Assembly (NCBI GenBank): GCA_964411615.1
Contig: CAYPLO010000002.1
Span: 1 to 64,000 of the forward strand
DNA length: 64,000 nucleotides
Direction of reading: 5' to 3'
DNA from: an uncultured Aquificales bacterium
Lineage (GTDB): Bacteria; Thermosulfidibacterota; Thermosulfidibacteria; Thermosulfidibacterales; Thermosulfidibacteraceae
Shown in pieces: positions 13,059 to 23,904 of this stretch. Each line of letters opens with the position of its first letter. The first letter of the stretch is position 1. Under the pieces are notes generated by a model that saw only the letters and a program-made list of their open reading frames with translations, was not told where the DNA came from and did not search any database. The position numbers and the translations under genes were made by a program.

Positions 13059-13316
13059 TCAAGCGGGCTGGGGATATACGCAAACGTACTTCCTCCCCCT
13101 TCTGGAGACGAACCTCACAAACCCGTCTATCTTGGCAAAGAGGGTGTAGTCGCTACCCATCCCCACATTGTCTCCAGGGTAGAACTTGGTGCCCCTCTGC
13201 CTCACCAGTATGTTCCCCGCCCTCACGAACTGCCCATCGTGCCTCTTAACACCAAGCCTCTTTGATATGCTATCCCTACCGTTCTTTGAGCTGCCAACCC
13301 CCTTTTTATGAGCCAT
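13059..13316 (-). CDS. rpmA: 50S ribosomal protein L27
   Basis: [16 protein letters not shown]...RQRGT. Confidence 0.98.
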   Translation of the reverse strand: MAHKKGVGSSKNGRDSISKRLGVKRHDGQFVRAGNILVRQRGTKFYPGDNVGMGSDYTLFAKIDGFVRFVSRRGRKYVCVYPQPA

Positions 13317-13326
13317 GGCCCACCTC

Positions 13327-13635
13327 CTAAGCCTTTATCTCAAGTATCTCAAGCTCAGTGAACCACTGCCTGTGGCCCCACTTCCTGCGGTAATTCTTCC
13401 TCCTTTTGAACTTCATGCCTATTATCTTCCTGCCCCTTCCATGCTTCAACACCCTTGCAACAACCCTCGCCCCCTCAATGTAAGGGGTTCCCACTTTCCT
13501 GGTATCTCCCTCAATCAAGAGAACCCTGTCAAGCTCTATCTGCTCCCCTTCGGCGTAGGGAAGCTTCTCAACCCTCAGAATATCGCCCACCTGCACGGCG
13601 TACTGCTTGCCACCTGTCTCAACAATGGCGAACAT
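13327..13635 (-). CDS. rplU: 50S ribosomal protein L21
   Basis: [12 protein letters not shown]...GHRQWFT. Confidence 0.98.
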   Translation of the reverse strand: MFAIVETGGKQYAVQVGDILRVEKLPYAEGEQIELDRVLLIEGDTRKVGTPYIEGARVVARVLKHGRGRKIIGMKFKRRKNYRRKWGHRQWFTELEILEIKA

Positions 13636-13653
13636 AACCTACCTCCAGAGCTG
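13633..13653 (-). repeat. Copy 1 of an exact 21-bp direct repeat (minus strand CAGCTCTGGAGGTAGGTTATG), the SD and start of rplU
   Basis: Plus-strand cataacctacctccagagctg is identical to 14867-14887. Confidence 0.9.
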
Positions 13654-13668
13654 GAATCTGAGGCTTTG

Positions 13669-13697
13669 CCTTTACCAATCTTGCATTGACTCGTCAA
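13669..13697 (-). promoter_or_regulatory. Putative sigma70 promoter of the rplU operon
   Basis: TTGACG-17 nt-TAAAGG with an extended TG; the -35 lies in the palindrome ATTGAC-TC-GTCAAT. Confidence 0.45.
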
Positions 13698-13716
13698 TCC
13701 CTCTATATGATGCCCC

Positions 13717-14697
13717 ATGCTTAGATATATAATCCTCAGACTCATCAACAGCATCCCTCTGCTTCTCGGCATAACCCTGATAACCTTCTTCGTCATAAGG
13801 CTTGCACCGGGAAACCCCACCTTCTACGAAGGAGGATTCAACCCCAAGGCCAAGCCAGAGGCGTTGAAAAAACTGGAAAGAATCTACGGGCTTGATAAGC
13901 CCCTATGGAAGCAGTACCTGCTCTGGCTCAAGCGTATCTCAAGGCTGGATTTCGGCAACTCCTTTGTGGATGGGAAACCGGTTATAGAGAAGATAAAGGA
14001 GAGACTGCCCGTAACCCTGCTCATAAATGTGCTCTCTCTGGCACTGATACTCGCATTCGCCATACCCATAGGGATTGTGTCGGCGGTGAAGAAGGACTCT
14101 CTGCTGGATAAGGGGCTCACCGTATTCGTGTTCATAGGCTTCTCCATGCCCGGTTACTGGCTGGCACTGCTTCTGATGATACTTTTCGGTGTAAAATTGA
14201 GAATCCTGCCCATATCGGGGCTTGAGAGCCTCAACGCATCCTACCTCTCTGGATGGAAGCTGTTCTTAGACAGGGCAAAGCACCTCATACTTCCCGTATT
14301 CATCAGCGCCTTCGGGGGACTTGCGGGCTTCTCAAGGTACATGAGGCAGAGTATGCTGGAGGTCCTCAACCAGGACTACATAACCACAGCCAGGGCAAAG
14401 GGGCTACCCGAAAGGGTGGTTATACTGAAGCACGGCCTAAGGAACGCCCTGATGCCTGTGGTCACACTGCTGGGGCTGTCGGTGCCTGGACTCATAGGGG
14501 GGAGCGTCATATTTGAGACCATATTTGCCATCCCCGGGATGGGACAGCTCTTCTACGAAGCGGCCATGGCAAGAGACTACCCCACCATAATGGGGATACT
14601 CACAATCGGGGCAGTCCTGACCCTACTGGGAAACCTGGCGGCGGATATATCCTACGCCCTCATAGACCCCCGAATAAGGCTCGGAGATGGCCAGTAA
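13717..14697 (+). CDS. dppB: Oligo/dipeptide ABC transporter permease (DppB/OppB type)
   Basis: [41 protein letters not shown]. Confidence 0.92.
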   Translation: MLRYIILRLINSIPLLLGITLITFFVIRLAPGNPTFYEGGFNPKAKPEALKKLERIYGLDKPLWKQYLLWLKRISRLDFGNSFVDGKPVIEKIKERLPVTLLINVLSLALILAFAIPIGIVSAVKKDSLLDKGLTVFVFIGFSMPGYWLALLLMILFGVKLRILPISGLESLNASYLSGWKLFLDRAKHLILPVFISAFGGLAGFSRYMRQSMLEVLNQDYITTARAKGLPERVVILKHGLRNALMPVVTLLGLSVPGLIGGSVIFETIFAIPGMGQLFYEAAMARDYPTIMGILTIGAVLTLLGNLAADISYALIDPRIRLGDGQ

Positions 14698-14869
14698 TTA
14701 AGGCGGTAGCTCCGGACGCCTCTATCCTGTAGTAGGTGTGGAATACCACGTGGAGCACAGCGGCAGCTATAAAGAGAAAGACCAAGGCCAGAAAGACCCT
14801 CATGAAGAACCAGTCCCCCAGCCTCTCGTACCCCCACACCCAGTCAAGCCAGTCCCTGTTGTTCTCCAT
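14660..14869 (-). CDS. Small single-TM hypothetical protein (69 aa)
   Basis: Strong SD (GGAGGT), candidate own promoter, Trp-rich N-terminus and one TM helix; overlaps the 3' end of dppB convergently. Confidence 0.6.
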   Translation of the reverse strand: MENNRDWLDWVWGYERLGDWFFMRVFLALVFLFIAAAVLHVVFHTYYRIEASGATALITGHLRALFGGL

Positions 14870-14887
14870 AACCTACCTCCAGAGCTG
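14867..14887 (-). repeat. Copy 2 of the exact 21-bp direct repeat, the SD and start of the 69-aa ORF
   Basis: Identical to 13633-13653. Confidence 0.9.
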
Positions 14888-14897
14888 TTTGTGAAGA

Positions 14898-14926
14898 TTA
14901 ATACTATCCCAGAGAACCCCTTTCAA
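14898..14926 (-). promoter_or_regulatory. Putative sigma70 promoter for the 69-aa ORF
   Basis: TTGAAA-17 nt-TATTAA. Confidence 0.4.
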
Positions 14927-15837
14927 GGGCGGCCATAGGGGCATTTGGCCCCCTGGAAGGTGTCAAGCTCCTCAAGCCTCTGGCGTATCAGACTGATAAC
15001 CTTAGCCTTATCAAGGCACCACTCAGGGGCCACAAGCCTGTCGGCCGGTGCCTCACCTGTGAGCCGCTGAATAACTATATCGCCTCTGAGATGCTCAATG
15101 AAGGAGACGCACGCATCCACGTACTCCTCAAGGGTGAGCAACCTGAGCCCACCCTCAAGGTACATCCTCTCAAGAGGGGTGTCTCTTAGCACGTGGAGGT
15201 TGTGAATCTTCACCCCGTCCACAGGTAGTGAGGATAAAAAAAGGGCCGTCTCCAGCATCTCCTCAAGGCCCTCTCCGGGAAGACCGAGTATCACATGGGC
15301 GCAAACCTTAAGTCCGTACCCCTTGGCCCTGAGCACAGCGTCAACAAAGCAGGAGACATCGTGCCTCCTGTTTATGAGCCTGAGGGTCCTGTTATGGCAG
15401 GACTGAAGCCCCAGCTCCAGCCACACCTGGTACCTGAAGGAGAGTCCGTGCAGAAGATAGAGCACATCATCCGGGACCAAATCCGGCCTTGTGCCCACCA
15501 TAACCCCCACAATGGAGGGGTCAATGAGTGCCTCACTGTAGAGCCTCTCCAGCTCATCGGCAGGGGCGTAGGTGTTGCAAAAGGCCTGAAAGTAGACCAT
15601 GAATAGCCTGGCCTTATACCTCCTCTTAGCAAACTCCATTCCTTTTAGCACCTGCTCCCTCACAGGGATATGGGGAGGCAGAACACCTGAACCTGTCCGG
15701 TCGCAGAAGATGCATCCCCCCTCCCCCGTCCGGTTCTTTCTGTGGGGACAACCCAGCCCCAAGTTGACTGGTATCCTCTGGACCCTCACGCCGTATAGGG
15801 ACCTGAGATAGCTATTGAAGGAGAGATACCTATCCAT
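14923..15837 (-). CDS. Radical SAM protein, YhcC/TIGR01212 family
   Basis: CPHR...[41 protein letters not shown]. Confidence 0.9.
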   Translation of the reverse strand: MDRYLSFNSYLRSLYGVRVQRIPVNLGLGCPHRKNRTGEGGCIFCDRTGSGVLPPHIPVREQVLKGMEFAKRRYKARLFMVYFQAFCNTYAPADELERLYSEALIDPSIVGVMVGTRPDLVPDDVLYLLHGLSFRYQVWLELGLQSCHNRTLRLINRRHDVSCFVDAVLRAKGYGLKVCAHVILGLPGEGLEEMLETALFLSSLPVDGVKIHNLHVLRDTPLERMYLEGGLRLLTLEEYVDACVSFIEHLRGDIVIQRLTGEAPADRLVAPEWCLDKAKVISLIRQRLEELDTFQGAKCPYGRP

Positions 15838-16651
15838 GAAGGATAAGGGCCAGTTCTCTAACTATTGAAGCAACCACCACAGAGGAGTTTCCGGAAGGGT
15901 CAAGGCCAGGGGAAAGCTCCACCACATCGGCCCCCACAAGATTCAGCCCCTTTATCTCTCTGAAAAAGTCCAGAAGGTCCCTGTACCCCACTCCACCCGG
16001 CTCAGGCGTTCCAACACCGGGACAGAAGGCGGGGTCCAGAACATCCACATCTAAGGTGAGATACACGGGTCTATTCCCTACAACATCCTTCAACTTTGAT
16101 GCTTCCTTAAGAGAAAAGGGGCTAAAGAACAAAGCGTGTTCCTTAGCGAACCGGAACTCTTCCCTGAGGCCGGACCTCACACCTAAATGGCACACGTCAA
16201 CCCCAAGCTCGTAAACCCTCCTCATAACGGTGGCATGGGATAGCCTCTCTCCCAGATAGCTGTCCCTCAAGTCTGTGTGGGCATCAACATGGACCACCAC
16301 AAGGCCTCTGTATTTATCAAGATGGGCTTTTACAATGGGCAGGGTTATTAGATGCTCGCCCCCCACACTGAGAAGCTTGACCCCAGTATCCAGCAAATCC
16401 CTGGCCCTATCCTCTATCATTCTAAGGGCACCGTCCCTGTTGCCAAAGGGAAGCTCAATGTCCCCTACATCGGCAATCTCCACCTCCTCAAGGTCCATAT
16501 CCAGATAGGGGCTGTAGGTCTCTATGCCATCGGACACCTTTCTCACCTCAACAGGCGCAAAGCGAGTTCCCGGCCTGAAACTGACGGTCTCCTCCAAGGG
16601 AACTCCCCATATGACAACCCTGCCCCTCTCCTTAGTCCCCAGAAACCTCAT
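15830..16651 (-). CDS. speB: Agmatinase
   Basis: [37 protein letters not shown]. Confidence 0.9.
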   Translation of the reverse strand: MRFLGTKERGRVVIWGVPLEETVSFRPGTRFAPVEVRKVSDGIETYSPYLDMDLEEVEIADVGDIELPFGNRDGALRMIEDRARDLLDTGVKLLSVGGEHLITLPIVKAHLDKYRGLVVVHVDAHTDLRDSYLGERLSHATVMRRVYELGVDVCHLGVRSGLREEFRFAKEHALFFSPFSLKEASKLKDVVGNRPVYLTLDVDVLDPAFCPGVGTPEPGGVGYRDLLDFFREIKGLNLVGADVVELSPGLDPSGNSSVVVASIVRELALILHG

Positions 16652-17867
16652 ACCTGTCCACCCTCACCCTTCTTATCCTCCGTCCGGACATCTCCACAAC
16701 CCTGAACCTCAAGCCCTCCCACAACAGCTCCTCCCCAACACGGGGAATCCTGCCGAACAGGTGGAGGACAAGGCCTCCCACCGTATCCACCTGTGCATCC
16801 TCAGGCACCTCAACTCCCACAAGGGAAGAAAACTCATCCACAGGGCAAAGGGCATCCACAAGGTAGCCTCCACCATCCTCAACGATGAGCTTCCTCTCCT
16901 GGTCGTACTCGTCCCATATCTCCCCCACAAGCTCCTCAAGGATATCCTCAAGGGTCACCAGCCCCTCAAGGGCACCGTACTCGTTCACCACAAGGGCCAT
17001 ATCTATGCGCTTGCTCTGAAACTCCTTGAGAAGCTCCCTTACAGGCTTCGTCTCTGGAACGAAATAACAGGGAAGCACCAGGTCTCTTATGCCCCTATCG
17101 CAAAGCCCTTTAAACACGGGCAGTAGGTCGGTAATTCTTATGTAGCCCACCACATTGTCCCTCTCACCCTCATAGACGGGTATTTTGGAGAACCTGTGCC
17201 TTTTAACCTCCTCCTTAAGCCTGTCCAGGGGCTCATTCACATCCACCATGAAGATATCTGGTTCCGGCACCATTATCTCCCTAACCTGCAGGTCCGAAAA
17301 CCTGAACACGCTGTAAATCATGCTCCTTTCCCTCTCCTCCAGAACACCCCTGCTTCTGGCCTCATCCACTATAGCCTTAAAATCCGCCTCCCCTATGCTT
17401 GTATCCTCTTTGCCCACAATGGCAGAGACCCCTTTGGAGACACCCTCGAGCAGAATCCTCACCGGAGCGAGCACAACGGAGAACACCACAAGGAGAGGTG
17501 CGGCAAGGAGTGCCCAGGTCCTGTTGTATCTTACGGCCACAACCTTCGGCACAAGCTCCCCGTATATGAGAAGGAAGAGTGTGGTGACAAAGACAGATGC
17601 CCCAACCCACCTCTCTCCAAAGGCATCCATGAAGAGAGAGGCCGTTATGGAGGATATGGCCACGTTCACCACCTCGTTTCCCAGAAGGACGGTGCTGAGC
17701 AGCTTCTCCTTGCTGTTGAGAAGCCTCATCATGAGTCTGTCAAGGACACTCTCGCCCCCCACACCCCTGGCCGATACCTCATCTATGGAGAAGAAAGCAG
17801 TCTCAGAACCGGAGAAGAAGGCGGAGAGATTGAACAGAACAACGAGAACCAGCAGCTTAACCCACAA
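16632..17867 (-). CDS. CNNM/hemolysin family Mg/Co transporter (DUF21-CBS-CBS-CorC)
   Basis: [19 protein letters not shown] pair, [16 protein letters not shown]. Confidence 0.9.
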   Translation of the reverse strand: MWVKLLVLVVLFNLSAFFSGSETAFFSIDEVSARGVGGESVLDRLMMRLLNSKEKLLSTVLLGNEVVNVAISSITASLFMDAFGERWVGASVFVTTLFLLIYGELVPKVVAVRYNRTWALLAAPLLVVFSVVLAPVRILLEGVSKGVSAIVGKEDTSIGEADFKAIVDEARSRGVLEERERSMIYSVFRFSDLQVREIMVPEPDIFMVDVNEPLDRLKEEVKRHRFSKIPVYEGERDNVVGYIRITDLLPVFKGLCDRGIRDLVLPCYFVPETKPVRELLKEFQSKRIDMALVVNEYGALEGLVTLEDILEELVGEIWDEYDQERKLIVEDGGGYLVDALCPVDEFSSLVGVEVPEDAQVDTVGGLVLHLFGRIPRVGEELLWEGLRFRVVEMSGRRIRRVRVDRYEVSGD

Positions 17868-19197
17868 GTATCTCCCCCTCAGGATACCTTATCCGCTCCC
17901 TCTCGGCCTCTTTGGCCATGGCTATAACCGCCGTTAGGGGTCCAACCCTCCCCACAAGCATTATGAAGGAAAGAAGCACCTTAGACTGCCAGTGCAGGGT
18001 GGGGGTTATACCCGTGCTCAACCCAACGGTGCCAAAGGCAGAGACCACCTCAAAGGCCACCTTTATAAAGGCCTTCTTCTCCACCACCGCAACCTCAAAT
18101 ATACCACACAGCACAAATATCAGCGCAAGAACCCCCACAGCCACCGATTTGTGGACCACATGGTCCGGGATACGCCTCTTAAATATCACCGCATCACGGC
18201 GGTTCCTGGCGGTGGCGAAGACGCTCATAATAACAACGAGAAATGTGGTGGTCTTTATGCCGCCTCCCGTTCCGCCAGGGGATGCACCAATGAACATCAG
18301 AATTATGAGAACGAACCACGTGACCTCCCTCATGGCCCCTATATCAACTGTGTTAAAGCCGGCAGTTCTGGGGGTTACAGACTGAAAGAGGGAGGCAAGG
18401 ACCTTACCCTTAAAAGGCAGACCGGCCAAGGTGTTCCCCCATTCAAGGAGACCTATCAAAAGGGCCCCGGAGACTATCAGGGCAGCGGTGGTGGCCAGCA
18501 CAACCTTGGAGTGGAATGATAGCTGGACCCTCTCTCCCCTTGCGGTACCCCTGAAGTAGCAGAACAGGTCGTAGAGGACGGGAAAGCCTATACCCCCGGT
18601 AACTATAAGGCCGCACACGGTCAGGTTAACAAGAGCGGAGTTTGCAAACCTGCTCAAACTATCGGAGTAAAGGGAAAATCCCGCGTTGCAGAAGGCGGAG
18701 ATAGAGTGGAAAAAGGCAGAATAAAGGGCCTTGGACAAAGGGATGCCATAGCTGAGAAAACCCATAAGAAGGAGAAAAAAGCCAGCAGACTCTATGATGA
18801 AGGTGAACAGGAATATGTGCCTCAATAGCTCAGCTAAGGTGTCCATGTTGTAGAAGTTTAAAGCATCCTGGAGTATCAGCTTACCCCTAAGAGACATCCT
18901 CATGCCCAAGGCCACGGCGAAGAAGGCGGACAGGGTCATGATGCCCAGTCCCCCAGCCTGAATGAGGGTCAGCACCACAAGCTGCCCGAACCTGGTGAGA
19001 TAGGTCCCCGTATCCACCACCACCAGCCCTGTAACGCAGGTGGCAGAGGTGGAGGTGAAGAGGGCATCAACGAAGGAGAGCCCTTTGCCGTCCACAGTGG
19101 CTGCAGGAAGCATCAGGAGAAAGGTGCCAACAAGGATGGCGAGCACGAAGCTTCCCACTATTATCCTGGCGGGGGTAAGTTCAACCTTCACGCTCAT
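17857..19197 (-). CDS. TrkH/KtrB potassium uptake membrane subunit
   Basis: [42 protein letters not shown]. Confidence 0.92.
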   Translation of the reverse strand: MSVKVELTPARIIVGSFVLAILVGTFLLMLPAATVDGKGLSFVDALFTSTSATCVTGLVVVDTGTYLTRFGQLVVLTLIQAGGLGIMTLSAFFAVALGMRMSLRGKLILQDALNFYNMDTLAELLRHIFLFTFIIESAGFFLLLMGFLSYGIPLSKALYSAFFHSISAFCNAGFSLYSDSLSRFANSALVNLTVCGLIVTGGIGFPVLYDLFCYFRGTARGERVQLSFHSKVVLATTAALIVSGALLIGLLEWGNTLAGLPFKGKVLASLFQSVTPRTAGFNTVDIGAMREVTWFVLIILMFIGASPGGTGGGIKTTTFLVVIMSVFATARNRRDAVIFKRRIPDHVVHKSVAVGVLALIFVLCGIFEVAVVEKKAFIKVAFEVVSAFGTVGLSTGITPTLHWQSKVLLSFIMLVGRVGPLTAVIAMAKEAERERIRYPEGEILVG

Positions 19198-19645
19198 CCT
19201 TGATAAGCTTCTTCAGCTCCTCCCAGAAGTCGGATATATCCTTGAACTGCCTGTAGACAGAGGCGAACCTCACGTAGGCCACCTCATCCACCGCCTTTAT
19301 AAGCTCCATCACCTTCTCACCTATAACGCTTGTGGGCACCTCCCTCTCACCCAGATTCAGGAGGAAACGCTCCACCTCATCCGCTATCTCCTCCTGCCTC
19401 TCAACGCTGACGGGCCTCTTCTCAAAGGCCTTCCTTATACCCCTCAAAAGCTTCTCCCTGTCGTAGGGCTCCCTCCTCCCGTCCTTCTTCACAACCATGG
19501 GCATGGTCTCGTCTATACGCTCAAAGGTGGTGAATCTCCTCCCACAGGCGATACACTCCCTCCTTCGCCTTATGGAGAATCCATCCCTGCCGGTTCTGGT
19601 CTCAACCACCCTGGTATCTGTGGAAAGGCAAAAAGGGCACCTCAT
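19181..19645 (-). CDS. nrdR: Transcriptional repressor NrdR
   Basis: MRCPFC...[20 protein letters not shown] cone, [10 protein letters not shown]. Confidence 0.97.
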   Translation of the reverse strand: MRCPFCLSTDTRVVETRTGRDGFSIRRRRECIACGRRFTTFERIDETMPMVVKKDGRREPYDREKLLRGIRKAFEKRPVSVERQEEIADEVERFLLNLGEREVPTSVIGEKVMELIKAVDEVAYVRFASVYRQFKDISDFWEELKKLIKDEREG

Positions 19646-20092
19646 CTACTCAACCCTGACCGTCTCCACCCCCGCCTCCTCAAGCATCTGGCGGGAAAGC
19701 TCATCGGGGTAGCCCTCTGCGTAGTAGACCCTGCTTATCCCCGCGTTTATCAGCATCTTGGTGCATATTATGCACGGGAAGGTGGTGGTGTACATAACGG
19801 CTCCCTTAACGCTGACACCGTGAAGGGCCGCCTGTATTATGGCGTTTTGCTCGGCATGGAGTCCCCTGCACAACTCGTGCCTCTCCCCCGACGGCACCCC
19901 AAGCCTCTCCCTCAGACAGCCCGTCACATCGCAGTGGGTTATACCGCTCGGAGGGCCGTTGTACCCCGTGGCAAGTATCCTCTTATCCTTAACTATAACG
20001 GCGCCTACCCTGCGACGAAGACAGGTTGACCTTGAGGAGACGAGCCTCGCTATCTCCATGAAGTAGTGGTCCCAGGAGGGTCTATCCATCAA
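19646..20092 (-). CDS. Deoxycytidylate deaminase family protein
   Basis: [27 protein letters not shown]. Confidence 0.9.
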   Translation of the reverse strand: MMDRPSWDHYFMEIARLVSSRSTCLRRRVGAVIVKDKRILATGYNGPPSGITHCDVTGCLRERLGVPSGERHELCRGLHAEQNAIIQAALHGVSVKGAVMYTTTFPCIICTKMLINAGISRVYYAEGYPDELSRQMLEEAGVETVRVE

Positions 20093-21360
20093 GCCTCGCC
20101 CAGAGCTCTCCTGTACTCCTCAAGAAGCTCAGGATACAGGGGGAATCTCTCGCACAGGGACCTGACCTTCTCCCTAACCTCTCCCCTCACCGAGGGCTTA
20201 TCTATGTTCTTGAGCACATAGGCGATAAGGTCACCAATCTCCTCCATCTCCGGCTCCTTCATGCCCCTGGTGGTTAAAGCAGGTGTCCCTATCCTTATAC
20301 CGCTTGTTACGGTGGGCTTTTCGGGGTCAAAGGGTATCATATTCTTGTTCACCGTTATGCCTGCCTCCTCAAGGGCCTTTTCAGCCACATCACCCGTTAT
20401 CCCTATGGGCCTGAGGTCCACCAGCATGAGATGGTTGTCTGTGCCTCCCGAAACTATCCTGAATCCATGGGATGCGAGCCTCTCGGCGAGAACCTTGGCG
20501 TTCTTCACTATCTGCCTCTGGTAACTTCTGAACTCTTCCGTCAGAGCCTCTTTAAGAGCGACGGCCTTGGCGGCTATGACGTGCATGAGAGGACCGCCCT
20601 GTATCCCCGGAAAGACCGTCTTGTCCACGTCCTTTGCAAACTCCTTGCGGCACATCACCATACCGCCCCTGGGACCTCTAAGGGTCTTATGGGTTGTGGT
20701 GGTGACGAACTCACAGTGGGGGATGGGAGAAGGGTGGATACCAGCAGCCACAAGGCCCGCTATATGGGCTATATCCGCCATAACATAGGCTCCAACCTCA
20801 TCTGCAATCTCCCTGAACTTTTCAAAGTCTATAACTCTGGGATAGGCACTGGCCCCCACCACAATGAGCTTGGGACGGTGCTCCTTGGCCAGCGCCCTAA
20901 CCTGCTCGTAATCTATGGTCTCCGTATCCTTTCTCACGCCGTAAAAGACAACGTTATACAGCTTGCCCGAAAAGTTCACACGGGCACCGTGAGACAGATG
21001 CCCCCCATGGGCAAGGTCCATCGCCAGTATGGTATCCCCCGGCTTCAAGACGGCCATGTAGACCGCCATATTGGCCTGAGTTCCCGAATGGGGCTGGACG
21101 TTCACATGCTCGGCACCGAACAGCTTCTTGGCCCTCTCTATGGCAAGGGTCTCAACAACATCAACGAACTGGCACCCACCGTAGTATCTCCTTCCAGGAT
21201 ACCCCTCAGCGTATTTGTTGGTCATGACACAGCCTGTGGCCTCCATAACGGCGGGACTCGCAAAGTTCTCACTTGCAATCATCTCCAGTTTAAAGGCCTG
21301 CCTCTCTATCTCCCCCAGAATGGCCTTAGCCACCTCAGGGTCAACATCCCATATCCTCAT
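20089..21360 (-). CDS. glyA: Serine hydroxymethyltransferase
   Basis: [28 protein letters not shown]; start moved to ATG 21360 behind GGAGGTG. Confidence 0.97.
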   Translation of the reverse strand: MRIWDVDPEVAKAILGEIERQAFKLEMIASENFASPAVMEATGCVMTNKYAEGYPGRRYYGGCQFVDVVETLAIERAKKLFGAEHVNVQPHSGTQANMAVYMAVLKPGDTILAMDLAHGGHLSHGARVNFSGKLYNVVFYGVRKDTETIDYEQVRALAKEHRPKLIVVGASAYPRVIDFEKFREIADEVGAYVMADIAHIAGLVAAGIHPSPIPHCEFVTTTTHKTLRGPRGGMVMCRKEFAKDVDKTVFPGIQGGPLMHVIAAKAVALKEALTEEFRSYQRQIVKNAKVLAERLASHGFRIVSGGTDNHLMLVDLRPIGITGDVAEKALEEAGITVNKNMIPFDPEKPTVTSGIRIGTPALTTRGMKEPEMEEIGDLIAYVLKNIDKPSVRGEVREKVRSLCERFPLYPELLEEYRRALGEA

Positions 21361-21814
21361 GGACACCTCCCACAATCTCTTTCTCCAGCAAGGAGAGCTT
21401 ATCAAGCCTCCTCTTGTGCCTCCCCCCTTCAAAGGGGGTCTCCAGCCAAACTTTTAGCATCTCCTCAACCACACCCTCTCCCAGAACCCTTCCGCCAAGC
21501 ACCAGGACATTGGCGTCGTTGTGCAGCCTGCTCATCCTGGCAGTATACGTATCGTGGCACAGAGCAGCCCTAACCCCGGGGAACCTGTTGGCAACGATGC
21601 TCATCCCTATACCTGTCCCACACACAAGTACTCCCCTATCAACTCTTCCCGACACCACCGCCTCTGCAACTGCTTTGGCGAACTGGGGGTAATCCACAGA
21701 CTCTTCGGAGTGGGTCCCCATATCCACAACCTGGTGTCCCCACCTCTCAAGAAGCCCCTTGACAAACTCCTTAAGCCTGTAACCACCGTGGTCGGAACCC
21801 ACAGCCACCTTCAC
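21341..21814 (-). CDS. rpiB: Ribose 5-phosphate isomerase B
   Basis: [32 protein letters not shown]. Confidence 0.95.
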   Translation of the reverse strand: MKVAVGSDHGGYRLKEFVKGLLERWGHQVVDMGTHSEESVDYPQFAKAVAEAVVSGRVDRGVLVCGTGIGMSIVANRFPGVRAALCHDTYTARMSRLHNDANVLVLGGRVLGEGVVEEMLKVWLETPFEGGRHKRRLDKLSLLEKEIVGGVHEDMGC

Positions 21815-22128
21815 AGCACATCCTCCCCTCTCTCACCGGTCCTCACCCTGACCGCATCCTCAACATCAATAGTGTACACTAAGGCATCTCCCCCCGCCAG
21901 AACCTCCGCAAGGGTCTCCTCAACCTCCTCGGCCATACCATCGGCAACCACAACCTCCACCTTCAACCTGGGAACAAAGCCCTCGGATATGCCCAGCTCT
22001 TCCAGAGGGTCCCTATCACCTTCAACCTTCACCTCTGTAACGGTAACCCCTCTGACTCCCGCCTCCCACAGCCTATCCTTAACCTCATCGAGCCTGAAGG
22101 GCCTTATGACGGCCACAACCTTCTTCAT
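21811..22128 (-). CDS. Atypical P-II family protein (degenerate T- and B-loops)
   Basis: [16 protein letters not shown]...TVTEVK and C-terminal RVRTGERG match GlnB/K; alternative start at 22137. Confidence 0.8.
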   Translation of the reverse strand: MKKVVAVIRPFRLDEVKDRLWEAGVRGVTVTEVKVEGDRDPLEELGISEGFVPRLKVEVVVADGMAEEVEETLAEVLAGGDALVYTIDVEDAVRVRTGERGEDVL

Positions 22129-22221
22129 GGCAGCCATGCTTTATCAGAATTCAACGGAAGAAGGAAGGCCCGATACGGGCTTTATTGCCACATCCTACCG
22201 ATTCTGGTTTAAAGCTAAAGT

Positions 22222-22752
22222 ATGGCAGAGATAGTACTAATACTTGGGGGGAACAGCTCGGGAAAGACTAGACTGGCCCTCTCCCTGGCCACAGAGACCC
22301 CGAGGCTGTACATAGCAACGGGGAGGATAACGGACCACGAAATGCTCACCAAAATAAGAGCGCACAGAAAGGAAAGAAGGGGATGGGACACCCTGATAAG
22401 TCCGGTCTTGGAGCCAGAGGATATAAAACTTGCAATATCATCAAGGAACTACAGAAACGCTGTGATAGACTGCGTAGGGTTCTTCATCACAAACTGTATG
22501 GCTAAAGGGATAAACCCGGAAGTCAGGATAGAAGAGGCTCTTAAGGCTATGGCATCAATAGAAAAAGTCATAGTCGTATCAAACGAGGTGGGACTGGGAC
22601 TTGTTGCCCCCAACCCCCTGGCAAGAAGCTTCTCCCAAAGACTGGGACACATAAACCAGATACTGGCAGATAAAGCAGGAACCGTGTATTTTATCACTTC
22701 AGGCCAGGCTATAACTATAAAGGGCCCACAGCCTAAACCACCACAGGTCTGA
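22222..22752 (+). CDS. cobU: Adenosylcobinamide kinase / guanylyltransferase (CobU/CobP family), divergent
   Basis: GGNSSGKT, YIAT, KIRAH, IDC, VSNEVGLG. Confidence 0.8.
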   Translation: MAEIVLILGGNSSGKTRLALSLATETPRLYIATGRITDHEMLTKIRAHRKERRGWDTLISPVLEPEDIKLAISSRNYRNAVIDCVGFFITNCMAKGINPEVRIEEALKAMASIEKVIVVSNEVGLGLVAPNPLARSFSQRLGHINQILADKAGTVYFITSGQAITIKGPQPKPPQV

Positions 22753-23653
22753 AGACGCCCCTTCTGTCGGGTGACCTTCTGAAATACCTCAGTATCCTGA
22801 CCTTTGACAGGGTTCCCTTAATACGCGCCCAGGAAGAGGCCGCCGCCTCGTAACCCTTCTCAAACAGCTCATCCTTGGCCGAGAACTGATTCCACAGGTA
22901 TGTGCCCACATCTGGCTCAATAATGACATCGCACTCGTCCCTTCTTATCCAGTTAAGGTAGTGCCTGGCTATATCGTCTGCCCTGTAGACCACGTCAAAG
23001 GTGTTATTAAGGGGTTCCATCACATCAATCTTCTTACCCACCCAGACACCCACCACCACATCTGCCCCCAGAATCCTGGCAGCTGAAGCGGGAAGGACAT
23101 CTATCCAGCCACCGTCGGCAAGAAGCATCCCATTCCACTTCACAGGAGGGAAGATGCCAGGAATAGAGGCACTCGCCGCCACAGCCTTCAGTATTGAGCC
23201 TCTGGTTATAACCACCTCCCTACCCGACACCAGGTCAACGGCCACAGCGGCAAAGGCCACGCGGGTCTCCTCTATCAGCGTGTCCTGGGGAATAAACTGG
23301 GAAAGGGCATTCATATAGGCCTCTTCAGACACAAGGGACATGGAGGCAAAGGCCTTGGTGCAGGCTATTCCCCTGTTCACTATCCTCATGAACTCCTGAA
23401 AGGGATTGCCCTCTGTCTCATCGGAGAACTCGGAACTGGCCTCTTTAAAGGCCTCACTCTCAAGAGCCCTATTCACATCCTCCCAAACCACCCTCCAGGA
23501 GAGCACCTGGGCGTATCTTGCCCCGATTATGGCGCCTATGGAGGAGCCACATATTATGTGCGGGGTAAAACCGACCTCCTCAAGAAACCTGAGCACACCC
23601 ACATGTGCTATCCCTCTGGCTCCGCCTCCTCCCAGAACAAGGGCCACCTTCAC
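22733..23653 (-). CDS. Patatin-like phospholipase
   Basis: GGGGARG, GSSIG nucleophile elbow, ASASIPG, DGG. Confidence 0.9.
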   Translation of the reverse strand: MKVALVLGGGGARGIAHVGVLRFLEEVGFTPHIICGSSIGAIIGARYAQVLSWRVVWEDVNRALESEAFKEASSEFSDETEGNPFQEFMRIVNRGIACTKAFASMSLVSEEAYMNALSQFIPQDTLIEETRVAFAAVAVDLVSGREVVITRGSILKAVAASASIPGIFPPVKWNGMLLADGGWIDVLPASAARILGADVVVGVWVGKKIDVMEPLNNTFDVVYRADDIARHYLNWIRRDECDVIIEPDVGTYLWNQFSAKDELFEKGYEAAASSWARIKGTLSKVRILRYFRRSPDRRGVFRPVVV

Positions 23654-23904
23654 CTGCCACCCCAGAGGAGGTCTCCAAACCTTGAAGAGAAGCGCTCAGA
23701 GGGACAGGCCCTCTTTATCTCCTCCTCGGAGAACCTGAAAGGGTAGCTCTCCATAAACTCCAGCAACAACCTGTAGGCTGAGGACAGCTCCGCCACCTCC
23801 GCTCCCTCCATGAGCCTCTTTCTGTAGGCCCTCTTCAACTCCTTTATGCTCACAGGCGGGCTTATACCCATAATCTTAAGGGCCCTCTCAATCTCCGCCC
23901 TCAT
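23650..23904 (-). CDS. Small J-domain-like protein lacking the HPD motif
   Basis: ALKIMGI...SIKELKRAYRK...ELSSAYRLL matches DnaJ helices I, II and III. Confidence 0.6.
   Translation of the reverse strand: MRAEIERALKIMGISPPVSIKELKRAYRKRLMEGAEVAELSSAYRLLLEFMESYPFRFSEEEIKRACPSERFSSRFGDLLWGGR

Noticed and set aside
19040..21573. Long plus-strand ORFs (329 aa, 380 aa) opposite nrdR, the deaminase and glyA
   Set aside because: Antisense to well-supported genes, with no recognisable domains
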